Assembly: GCA_024413595.1 (NCBI GenBank)
Contig: JAKSUC010000011.1
Coordinates: 5,343 to 69,342, forward strand
DNA: 64,000 nt
Source of the DNA: Bacteroidales bacterium
Lineage (GTDB): Bacteria; Bacteroidota; Bacteroidia; Bacteroidales; UBA3824
Reading direction: 5' to 3'
Both the position numbers and the translations under genes were made by a program. Numbering within the stretch: the first letter of the stretch is position 1; each line of letters begins with the position of its first letter. The notes under the pieces are model-generated. The model worked only from the letters and a program-made list of their open reading frames with translations, ran no database searches and had not been told where the DNA came from. Positions 10,778 to 20,036 of this stretch are shown piece by piece.

Positions 10778-11649
10778 AAACAATGAAGAAAACAATTTTA
10801 TATGGTACACTTATAAGCATAATGTTATCATCATGCAATCAAGAAAACAATATGTTAGAAAACAAAACACCATTAGTAAAAGTCTACGATCAATGTCTAT
10901 ATTATGAAGATTTAGGAGATTTAGTACCCGAAGGCACATCACCAGAAGATAGTGCAGTAAAAGTAAAAAGCTATATAGACATTTGGGCAAGAAAACAATT
11001 AATGATAAAAAAAGCAGAATTAAATTTAAGTACAGAAGAAAGAAATGTAGAACGACAATTAGAAGATTATCGAGCAAGTTTATTAATATATAAATATAAA
11101 GATAAATATTTAGGCGAAAATCTCGACACCATAATAAGAAAAGAAGATGCCGAAAAATATTATAACGAACATCCAGATGATTTTAAACTTCAAAGGAATG
11201 CAGTAAAAGCCATCTATGTAAAAGTACCTATAACATCAACAGATATAAACAAAATAAAAACATTATTAGATTATCGCTCCGAAAAAGATTCTTTAAATTT
11301 ATATGAAATATGTTTAGAGAATTCAGCGAAAATAGAAAATTTTGATAATGAATGGCAAACAATATCAATAGTTAGCGACGAAATGCCAGAAATAATAGAC
11401 GATAATTATGACAAAATAAAAGCTAAAGGAACAATATCACAAAATGATGAACAATATTGTTATTTATTAAAAATCAAAGATTTTTTGCCATCAGGTTCAA
11501 TAGAACCATATAGTATGGCACAAAACAAGATTTCAAGTGTATTATTAACATCAAGAATGAGTGCATTGATAAACGACTTAGAAAAAACAATATACGACAA
11601 TGCAATAAATAGTGGCAATATAGAATATTTTGACAATAATAAAAAGTAA
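10774..11649 (+). CDS. PPIase-associated lipoprotein (surA operon)
   Basis: Lipobox LSSC; LVKVYDQCLYYEDL..YIDIWARKQL..QLEDYRASLLIYKY typical of this Bacteroidetes family; position before surA. Confidence 0.7.
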   Translation: MKTMKKTILYGTLISIMLSSCNQENNMLENKTPLVKVYDQCLYYEDLGDLVPEGTSPEDSAVKVKSYIDIWARKQLMIKKAELNLSTEERNVERQLEDYRASLLIYKYKDKYLGENLDTIIRKEDAEKYYNEHPDDFKLQRNAVKAIYVKVPITSTDINKIKTLLDYRSEKDSLNLYEICLENSAKIENFDNEWQTISIVSDEMPEIIDDNYDKIKAKGTISQNDEQYCYLLKIKDFLPSGSIEPYSMAQNKISSVLLTSRMSALINDLEKTIYDNAINSGNIEYFDNNKK

Positions 11650-11657
11650 AAAATAAA

Positions 11658-13103
11658 ATGAGACATATAATACGATTATCAATAATAACATTAATATCAA
11701 TATTATTTGCACAAAACGCATCTTCACAAGATACAACAAAAAATGCGAATAATATAGTACAATCAAAAGAAGCAATACCAACAACTCCAATTAGTACAGA
11801 TACAATAATATTAGATAGAGTTGTAGCAGTTGTAGGTAACAAAATAATATTAGAATCACAAGTAGAAGCCCAATTGCAACAAGCACAAGCAAGAAATCTG
11901 AAAGTAACCAAAGGAAAAGTATTTGAAGATTTATTATATCAAAATCTCTTGATAGCACAAGCAGAAATAGATAGTATAGATGTTCAAGTAACCGACAAAA
12001 TGGTAGAAGAACAAGTTACAGAAAAATTAAATAGTTTTATAGATGAAATGGGCGGTGTAGAAAAAATGGAAGAATATTTTAATAAATCACTAGCCGAAAT
12101 CAAAGAAGATTTACGTGATGCAACACGAGATCAATTAATAGCCCGCCAAGAACAAAACGAAATAACCAAAGATGTGAAAATAACTCCAGCAGAGGTAAAT
12201 AAATTTTATAAAAATTTATCAAAAGATTCGTTACCATTAATAGATTTGGAATTTGAATTAAACGAAATAGATTTTCATCCGATAATATCCAAAGCAGATA
12301 AAGAAGAAGTAAAAAAACAATTATTGAAAATAAAAAAAGAAGTAGAAACCGAAGGCGCATCATTTGAAACCAAAGCGATATTATATAGCGATGATCCAGG
12401 ATCATCAGCACAAGGCGGAGAATTAGGTATGATGTCACGCGGAGAATTAGTTCCAGAATTTTCAGCAGCAGCTTTTCAATTAAAAAAAGATTCAATATCA
12501 GATGTAATAGAAACAGAATTTGGATTTCACATAATACAACTGATAGATCGCAAAGGAGAAAGAATAAACGTTAGACACATATTACTAAAGCCAAAATTTT
12601 CACAAGAAGCTAGAATAAAAGCCAAAAATCTTGCAGATAGTGTTTATAATGCTATAATAAACAAAAATATCAAATTTGAAGATGCTGCAAAATTATATTC
12701 AACAAATGAAAATACAGGGAAAAATGGAGGCGTAAGAGTAAATCCATATACAAGTTCTACAAAATTTACAGTAGAAATTTTACAACGTATATCACCACCA
12801 GACTATTATTACTTCAAAAATTTAAAAGAAGGAGAAATAACCAAACCATTTGAATCATACGATGAAAAAGGAAATTATACATACAAAATAATAGAAATAA
12901 AGTCAAGAGTAGAACCTCATATTGCAACAATAGAAACAGATTATCAAGTGATTCAAGATATGGCATTAAGTCAAAAAAATAATAATCAATATGATAAATG
13001 GATAAATGAAAAGTCAAAATCAGTATATGTAAAAATCAGTAAAGAATACCAAAATTTAGATTTTAAATATACAGGATGGTTACATCAAGATATCGAAAGA
13101 TAA
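11658..13103 (+). CDS. surA: SurA-type chaperone / peptidyl-prolyl isomerase
   Basis: LDRVVAVVGNKIILES N-domain; two parvulin domains (YSDDPGSSAQGGELG, ETEFGFHIIQL). Confidence 0.85.
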   Translation: MRHIIRLSIITLISILFAQNASSQDTTKNANNIVQSKEAIPTTPISTDTIILDRVVAVVGNKIILESQVEAQLQQAQARNLKVTKGKVFEDLLYQNLLIAQAEIDSIDVQVTDKMVEEQVTEKLNSFIDEMGGVEKMEEYFNKSLAEIKEDLRDATRDQLIARQEQNEITKDVKITPAEVNKFYKNLSKDSLPLIDLEFELNEIDFHPIISKADKEEVKKQLLKIKKEVETEGASFETKAILYSDDPGSSAQGGELGMMSRGELVPEFSAAAFQLKKDSISDVIETEFGFHIIQLIDRKGERINVRHILLKPKFSQEARIKAKNLADSVYNAIINKNIKFEDAAKLYSTNENTGKNGGVRVNPYTSSTKFTVEILQRISPPDYYYFKNLKEGEITKPFESYDEKGNYTYKIIEIKSRVEPHIATIETDYQVIQDMALSQKNNNQYDKWINEKSKSVYVKISKEYQNLDFKYTGWLHQDIER

Positions 13104-13135
13104 TTAATTGTCTATTAACTTATAAAGTATAAAAA

Positions 13136-14101
13136 ATGGAACAATATAACAACACAGTAGATGCTGCTGATGCTTTAAAACAAAAACATGATTTACTAAT
13201 AAATGAAATAGGGAAAGTTGTTTACGGACAAAAAGATGTAATCGAACAAGTTTTAACTGTGATATTTAGTGGTGGACATTGTTTACTAGTAGGAGTTCCA
13301 GGCTTAGCCAAAACACTATTGGTAAACACAATAGCAAAAGTGTTGGATTTAAAATATAAAAGAATTCAATTTACACCCGACCTTATGCCGTCAGATATAA
13401 CAGGAAGTGAAATTCTTGACGAACAAAAAAACTTTAAATTCTTAAAAGGTCCAATATTTGCCAACATAATTTTAGCAGATGAAATAAACAGAACACCACC
13501 CAAAACACAATCTGCACTACTAGAGGCAATGCAAGAACATACGGTAACAGTTTCTGGTATAAATTACAATCTTGAAGAACCATTTTTTGTATTAGCAACA
13601 CAAAATCCAGTAGAACAAGAAGGCACCTATCCCCTACCAGAAGCACAATTAGACCGTTTTATGTTTAATGTAATATTAGATTATCCATCAACAGAAGAAG
13701 AAATAACAATTGTAAAAAATACAACACGAGACATTGTTCCACAACCCAATAAAATAATTTCATCAGAAGAAATAATCTATTTTAGAGATTTAATAAAAAA
13801 AGTGGCAATATCCGACAATGTAATAAAATATGCAGTAACATTGGTTAGTAAAACACGACCCAACACTCCAACTGCCGATCAAATAGCAAATAAATATTTA
13901 AATTGGGGAGCAGGTCCACGAGCTTCACAATATTTAATAACAGGAGCAAAAACCTACGCATTATTACATGGTAAATATTCACCAGATATTGAAGATGTAC
14001 AAGCAGTAGCCTTGCCTGTATTGCGTCATAGAATTATTAAAAACTATCAAGCCGAAGCAGAAGGAATCAACGAAGATCAAATCATAAAAATGTTATTATA
14101 A
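13136..14101 (+). CDS. MoxR-family AAA+ ATPase
   Basis: GVPGLAKT, RIQFTPDLMPSDITG, ADEINRTPPKTQSALLEAM, ATQNPVEQEGTYPLPEAQLDRF. Confidence 0.93.
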   Translation: MEQYNNTVDAADALKQKHDLLINEIGKVVYGQKDVIEQVLTVIFSGGHCLLVGVPGLAKTLLVNTIAKVLDLKYKRIQFTPDLMPSDITGSEILDEQKNFKFLKGPIFANIILADEINRTPPKTQSALLEAMQEHTVTVSGINYNLEEPFFVLATQNPVEQEGTYPLPEAQLDRFMFNVILDYPSTEEEITIVKNTTRDIVPQPNKIISSEEIIYFRDLIKKVAISDNVIKYAVTLVSKTRPNTPTADQIANKYLNWGAGPRASQYLITGAKTYALLHGKYSPDIEDVQAVALPVLRHRIIKNYQAEAEGINEDQIIKMLL

Positions 14102-14157
14102 AACATATTCATAATATATAAATTAATATTTTTTTATAGCATTAATATTTATAAAAA

Positions 14158-14202
14158 AAAAAAAATCATACATAATCATTTTTGTATTATGTATGATTTT
14201 TT
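14158..14202 (+). terminator. Rho-independent terminator after the MoxR gene
   Basis: AAAATCATACATAAT...ATTATGTATGATTTT inverted repeat. Confidence 0.7.
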
Positions 14203-14323
14203 AATTTAACATTAAATCAAATTACTTCTAAAAAATTTTTTTATTTAATAAATCAACTTAATTTTAAATAAACATAGTTAATAATTATTAAATTTGTAAA
14301 GTTAAAACGCTAGCAATTTTTCT

Positions 14324-14353
14324 ATTTTATTTCATTTTATTTCATTTTATTTC
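14324..14353. repeat. Tandem repeat (ATTTTATTTC)x3
   Basis: Three exact 10-bp copies at 14324, 14334 and 14344. Confidence 0.85.
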
Positions 14354-14526
14354 GAAAATAGATTCAGTAAAAATATTTTTGATTTAATATATATTTTTTG
14401 TTATACAAATCCAGATTTTTTTTTGCACAAATTAACATTTAAAAACCGCCATACAAGTACACGAATTACGTTTTTGTAACATTTTCAAAAATTAATGAAA
14501 CATAACAAAATTAAATCAAAATCATT

Positions 14527-14540
14527 TGTAACATGTTACA
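14527..14540. promoter_or_regulatory. Perfect 14-bp palindrome TGTAACATGTTACA, candidate repressor operator of the PUL
   Basis: Self-complementary; lies ~25-35 bp upstream of the TACTTTTG -7 element (14564-14571); related site TTGTAACATTTTCAA near 14474. Confidence 0.55.
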
Positions 14541-14563
14541 TTGTTTATTTTAACCTATAAGAA

Positions 14564-14571
14564 TACTTTTG
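14564..14571 (+). promoter_or_regulatory. Putative PUL promoter -7 element
   Basis: TACTTTTG matches TAnnTTTG. Confidence 0.5.
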
Positions 14572-14854
14572 CTTATTAAAAAATACAAAAAAAATTAACA
14601 CGACCGATGTTCCTTTACTTATAACTTACAAAAAAAAGACAACAAGTAAAAAAATAAACATTAATACTTGTTTATAAATAAATAATACTTAAATTAATTA
14701 AAATATGTTATTAGACGATAGTTAAAACTCAAAATTTCGAATAGGGAAATAAGATTTTTCTATTCAAAATTCCCAAACAACAGGATATTATCCTGTTCCC
14801 TCTCATCCAAATATTGGAAATCTTAGTTATTAAATTAGGTAAAACTAAATTTTT

Positions 14855-17800
14855 ATGAAAGACAGTTTAAAAAAAGGCGATTGCTTTAAAAGAATTGCAA
14901 GAAGATTTATTCTGGCTTTTTTGCTAATAATCACTTGCAGTCAAATTCAGGCGCAAAACGGTAAAAGAATTACTGGTATTGTAACTGACGATAATGCGCA
15001 ACCATTGCCTGGCGTAACAGTAATGGTTCAAGGTACCACTGTAGGTACAATTACCGATTTAGACGGTAAATACGTAATAACAGCTTCAAATGGAGCAAAA
15101 TTAATTTTTACATTTGTAGGTTACGAAGAACAAATCGTAACCGTAGGTTCAAGTTCTACATATAATGTAAGTATGAACGAAAACACCTCAGAACTAAATG
15201 AAGTAGTGGTAGTAGGTTATGGACAACAGAAAAAAGCAAATGTTGTTGGAGCTATATCACAAACCACAGGAAAAGTGTTGGAACGAGCTGGAGGAGTTAG
15301 TAATATTGGAGCAGCACTAACAGGAAACTTGCCAGGAGTAGTAACAACCCAAGGAACAGGTATGCCAGGCGAAGAAGATCCAAAAATTGTTATTCGTGGT
15401 GTATCATCATGGAATAGTACAGAGCCTCTTGTATTAGTAGATGGAATTGAACGTTCAATGAACTCAGTAGACATCAGTTCTGTAGAAAGTATATCAGTTT
15501 TGAAAGATGCTTCTGCCACAGCAATTTATGGAGTTCAAGGAGCCAATGGTGTAATTCTTATCACAACTAAACGAGGTAAAGAAGGAACTGCACATATAGA
15601 AGGTGGTTTTAGTACAACAATAAAATCACCATCAAAATTGCCAAACAAATTGGATTCTTACGATGCTTTAATGGCAAGAAACGAAGCAATAGAGCATGAG
15701 TTGTCTTTAAATCCAGATTCATGGCAATATATTCGTTCAATGGATTTTATTAATAATTATCGTAACCAAACCACAGTTGAACAACAAGAACGATATGCAA
15801 ATGTAAATTGGCAAGATTATTTGTTTAAAGATTATGCATTATCATATCAAGGATATGTAAATATAAGTGGAGGAACAAAAGCGGTAAAATATTATGCAGC
15901 AGCTGATTATGTAAACGAAGGCGACTTATTTAGAATTCAAGACAATGGTCGTGGATATGATTGTGGATATAATTATCAACGTATAAATGTACGTAGTAAC
16001 TTAGACTTCAACATTACAAAATCAACACTATTCAAAGTAAATATTGCAGGAAGCAATGCAATAAAGAAAAATCCATGGTCAAACATGGTAAACAATGAAT
16101 GGCAAATAGGTCAACAATGGGCAGGAGCATATAATATTGCCCCAGACGTATTTTTAGGTAAATATAGCGATGGAACATGGGGTTTTTATCCAAATGCTTC
16201 AAACGTTTCAAACTCAGCTGAAAACATGTCGTTAGGAGGAGCTACCCAAACTGCAACCACCACAATTACAACAGACTTTACCTTGGAACAAGATTTAGAC
16301 TTCTGGGTAAAAGGCTTAAAACTAGTTGGTAGAATTTCATGGGATAATAAATTTGTAGAAGGAAGTCGTGGTATCAACGACCTTTATAATTCTACACTTC
16401 ACAAATGGATTAACCCAGAAACAGGACAAGAAGTATATAAAGAAACCACAACAGGCTACGAAAAATTCAAATTTTTTGAAGGACGTCAATGGTCAACATC
16501 AGCAGGAGGAGTTGATAATAATCAAACATTCCGCAAATTATATTATCAATTTCAAATTAATTACAACCGTAAATTTGGCAAAAACAATGTTGGTTTAATG
16601 GGTGTATTTGACCGCAACGAAGAAGGAACAGGTAGTGCAGTACCATCGTTACGTGAAAACTGGTCATTCAGAGCTTCTTACGATTGGGATGGTAAATATT
16701 TTCTAGAAGCAACAGGTTCTTATAATGGTTCAGAAAGATTTGCCGACAAAAACAGATTTGCCTTTTTCCCTGCAGTAGGTGTTAACTGGATTATTTCAGA
16801 AGAACCATTCATGAAAAATCTTAAAGATAAACACATGATTGACATCTTAAAAATCCGTGCTAATGTTGGACAATCAGGTTCAGACTTTTTAATGTTTGAA
16901 CGTTGGATGTATTTAACCCAATGGGAATATGGAGAAAAAGTTAAAATGTCTAATTTACACGAAGAATCAATTTATGAACGCTATCGTGAAAGTGTATTAG
17001 GAAATGAAGATGTACATTGGGAAGTATCTACAAAAGCAAACATAGCATTAGATTTTAATGTATATCACGGAATATTTTCAGGAAGTATCGATTTCTTTAA
17101 AAACCATCGTACAGATATTCTTATTAGAGGAGTAGATCGTTCAGTTCCTGATTATTTTGGAGCAACACCTCCAACAATTAATAAAGGAGAAGTTGACAAC
17201 CAAGGTTTTGAATTAGAATTAAAAGTTGATAAAACATTCCAAAATAAAATAAGAGTTTGGGGTAATTTTAACTTAACACATAACGAAGACGAAGTTAAAG
17301 TAAAAGATGATAAAGAATTAACTCCAAACTACCAAAAAGCTGCAGGCTATGCCAATGATCAATACAAATCACATCTAGATGCAGGATTCCTAAATAATTA
17401 CGACCAAGTATATGGATCACCAGCACACGATATTAATGATAATCAAAAACTTCCAGGAGATTTATATATCATCGACTTCAATTCAGATGGTATAATAAAT
17501 ACAGAAGACGAAGCACCAATAGCATTTTCAAGCAATCCACAAAACACTTACAATGCGACAATAGGTGTTGAATATAAAGGATTTAGCTGTTTTGCACAAT
17601 TCTATGGAGTAACCAATGTTACACGTGATGTTGTTTTACATAGTTTAACAGATTATATGGACAATGTTTACGATTTAGGAGATTGGTGGTCAGCTGATGG
17701 AAGTGGAGAATTTTCAGTTCCACGTTGGGCAACATCAGTAAATTATAATGATGGAACCAACTACTTATATGATGGTAGTTTTATTCGTTTGAAAAACGTT

Positions 17801-17998
17801 GAATTAGCTTATCAATGGAATGAAGGATGGATAAAAAAACTAGGTATGTCATATTTTAAAGTATATGTCAACGGCAATAACTTATGGTTATGGACACGTA
17901 TGCCAGACGACCGTGAAGCCAACTTAGGTGGAGGTGGTATGTTAGGTGCATATCCAACAGTAAAACGTTATAATATTGGTGTTAAATTCGCATTCTAA
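14855..17998 (+). CDS. susC: SusC/RagA TonB-dependent transporter (XusA-like)
   Basis: LNEVVVVGYG, SISVLKDASATAIYGVQGANGVILITTKRG, C-terminal YPTVKRYNIGVKFAF. Confidence 0.95.
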   Translation: MKDSLKKGDCFKRIARRFILAFLLIITCSQIQAQNGKRITGIVTDDNAQPLPGVTVMVQGTTVGTITDLDGKYVITASNGAKLIFTFVGYEEQIVTVGSSSTYNVSMNENTSELNEVVVVGYGQQKKANVVGAISQTTGKVLERAGGVSNIGAALTGNLPGVVTTQGTGMPGEEDPKIVIRGVSSWNSTEPLVLVDGIERSMNSVDISSVESISVLKDASATAIYGVQGANGVILITTKRGKEGTAHIEGGFSTTIKSPSKLPNKLDSYDALMARNEAIEHELSLNPDSWQYIRSMDFINNYRNQTTVEQQERYANVNWQDYLFKDYALSYQGYVNISGGTKAVKYYAAADYVNEGDLFRIQDNGRGYDCGYNYQRINVRSNLDFNITKSTLFKVNIAGSNAIKKNPWSNMVNNEWQIGQQWAGAYNIAPDVFLGKYSDGTWGFYPNASNVSNSAENMSLGGATQTATTTITTDFTLEQDLDFWVKGLKLVGRISWDNKFVEGSRGINDLYNSTLHKWINPETGQEVYKETTTGYEKFKFFEGRQWSTSAGGVDNNQTFRKLYYQFQINYNRKFGKNNVGLMGVFDRNEEGTGSAVPSLRENWSFRASYDWDGKYFLEATGSYNGSERFADKNRFAFFPAVGVNWIISEEPFMKNLKDKHMIDILKIRANVGQSGSDFLMFERWMYLTQWEYGEKVKMSNLHEESIYERYRESVLGNEDVHWEVSTKANIALDFNVYHGIFSGSIDFFKNHRTDILIRGVDRSVPDYFGATPPTINKGEVDNQGFELELKVDKTFQNKIRVWGNFNLTHNEDEVKVKDDKELTPNYQKAAGYANDQYKSHLDAGFLNNYDQVYGSPAHDINDNQKLPGDLYIIDFNSDGIINTEDEAPIAFSSNPQNTYNATIGVEYKGFSCFAQFYGVTNVTRDVVLHSLTDYMDNVYDLGDWWSADGSGEFSVPRWATSVNYNDGTNYLYDGSFIRLKNVELAYQWNEGWIKKLGMSYFKVYVNGNNLWLWTRMPDDREANLGGGGMLGAYPTVKRYNIGVKFAF

Positions 17999-18008
17999 AA
18001 TTTGAGAA

Positions 18009-20015
18009 ATGAAAAATATTACTTCTATATTATATAAAGGTGTTTTAGGTGCTTTGGTTACCTTTTCAATGACAAGTTGCGAAGACTACCTTGAAAAAGA
18101 ACCTGATACAGATATTTCAGAAACTGAAGCATTTAAAAACTTTACAAATTTTCAAGGTTTTGTAGAACAAAACTATGGAAATATACCAGACAAAGAATCA
18201 TGTAATTGGTGTCCATCATGGAACTGGGGCGATGACGAAATATTCAACCCAGAAGCAGATAGCCGTTTAACACACCAAATGGATATCGGCAACTTTAAAG
18301 CATGGACAACCACAGGAAATTGGCTATATAAAAACGATAACAATCTTACCGATTATGGTAACACATTTGCACACTCACTATATCCAAGCATGTGGTATTG
18401 TATCCACGTTTGTAATGTAGGTATTCATCAATTAACCGAAGAAAATAATTTTCTAGGCTCAGAAGAAGAAAAAAATCTTCTTTTAGGACAATTATATTTC
18501 TTCAGAGCATGGTGGCACTTTGAAATGATAAATTATTTAGGAGGGTTACCATATATTGATAGAGATTTAAGTCAAGAAAAAGTTGTTGACGAAGAACGTC
18601 TTTCTTATTTAGATTGTGCTAAAAAATGCGCAGAAGACTTTAAACGTGCTGCTGACTTGCTACCAGTAAATTGGGACGAAACCACAACAGGAACTGCAAC
18701 AAAAGGCAAAAACGAAATTCGTATCAACAAAATCATGGCACTTGGCTACTTAGGCAAATGTTATTTATATGCTGGTAGTCCATTATCAATTAATGGTGCA
18801 CAAGTAGGTGGTTCTCATACCTACGATTATGATTCAGAATTGTGTAAACAAGCTGCAGAAACATTTGGTCAAATTTTAACTATGGTTGAAAACAATTCTT
18901 GTCAATATTCCTTAGTTAGTTTTGAACACACTGATATTTATAACCATAAAAATGGTGAAAATATCATGGAATACTCACAATTGTTTTATACAATGAAAGC
19001 AAGTGGACGTCTTCCAGGCTTAACAGAAGTTATTTTTGGTGGACCATCTTATAGTGGAGATTTCAATTATAGTAACTGGAACAACTCAAAAGTTTGGGGA
19101 CCTAAAAACGAAAAAATTGTTGAGCATGATAACGTTATTCACCAACCAACAGCCAACTATGTAGAAAATTATGGAATGGCAAATGGACTTCCATTACATG
19201 ATCCAGAATCAGGATTTGATCCACGTCATCCATGGAAAGATCGTGACCCACGTTTTTATCATGACATAGTTTTTGATGGTTTCCAATATGTAAATGGTTC
19301 AATGAACAACGAAGCCCAAGAATATTTACGATATTGCAGTCTTTATACAGGTGGAGACATGCGAAGTGTTACAATTGCAAGTCGCACTGGATATTTCACA
19401 CAAAAACTTGTTCCTCACACATGTAATGCAATTGACGGTGATTATAACTGGGGTTCTTCACTACAAACACACCTTTCATATATGCGTCTTGCCGATATTT
19501 ACTTAATGTATGCAGAAGCAGGAGCAGCTATTCAAGGTAGTAGTTATAAAAGTACAAATTGTAGTTTAACAGCACTTGATGCTATTAATAAAATTCGTAA
19601 ACGTTGTGGAGCAGGCGAAGTTGCCGAAAAATTCGTATCAGATCAACATAAATTTATGGACGAAATTCGTAGAGAACGTGCCGTTGAGCTTTCGTTTGAA
19701 GGTCATCGTTTCTGTGATTTACAACGTTGGTTATTATTAACAGAAAAACCATATACCCAAAAATACTCTGTTGAATTTGATAGAGTTTACAATGGAAACA
19801 AAGTTGATATTTCAACAAAATTAGGAAAAGCAAAATCAGAAGAAATGGATATGTTTTATCGTAATGATAAAAAAGATCCTAAAGATGCTGAAGTTGCGAA
19901 CTATAGATTAGTTGAGATATTAACACGTAATTATGATGCAAGACACTATTGGTTCCCAATTCCTATTGACCAAACTTACTATTCTTCTAAATTCCAACAA
20001 AATCCTGGATGGTAG
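18009..20015 (+). CDS. susD: SusD/RagB glycan-binding lipoprotein
   Basis: TSCEDYL lipobox, RLADIYLMYAEA, IRRERAVELSFEGHRFCDLQRW, QNPGW end. Confidence 0.93.
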   Translation: MKNITSILYKGVLGALVTFSMTSCEDYLEKEPDTDISETEAFKNFTNFQGFVEQNYGNIPDKESCNWCPSWNWGDDEIFNPEADSRLTHQMDIGNFKAWTTTGNWLYKNDNNLTDYGNTFAHSLYPSMWYCIHVCNVGIHQLTEENNFLGSEEEKNLLLGQLYFFRAWWHFEMINYLGGLPYIDRDLSQEKVVDEERLSYLDCAKKCAEDFKRAADLLPVNWDETTTGTATKGKNEIRINKIMALGYLGKCYLYAGSPLSINGAQVGGSHTYDYDSELCKQAAETFGQILTMVENNSCQYSLVSFEHTDIYNHKNGENIMEYSQLFYTMKASGRLPGLTEVIFGGPSYSGDFNYSNWNNSKVWGPKNEKIVEHDNVIHQPTANYVENYGMANGLPLHDPESGFDPRHPWKDRDPRFYHDIVFDGFQYVNGSMNNEAQEYLRYCSLYTGGDMRSVTIASRTGYFTQKLVPHTCNAIDGDYNWGSSLQTHLSYMRLADIYLMYAEAGAAIQGSSYKSTNCSLTALDAINKIRKRCGAGEVAEKFVSDQHKFMDEIRRERAVELSFEGHRFCDLQRWLLLTEKPYTQKYSVEFDRVYNGNKVDISTKLGKAKSEEMDMFYRNDKKDPKDAEVANYRLVEILTRNYDARHYWFPIPIDQTYYSSKFQQNPGW

Positions 20016-20036
20016 TAGATACAATAGATGTTTTAA

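Noticed and set aside
13136-14101. MoxR without adjacent VWA/DUF58 partners
   Set aside because: The PPIase-surA-MoxR arrangement is familiar in Bacteroidetes; partners are commonly encoded elsewhere
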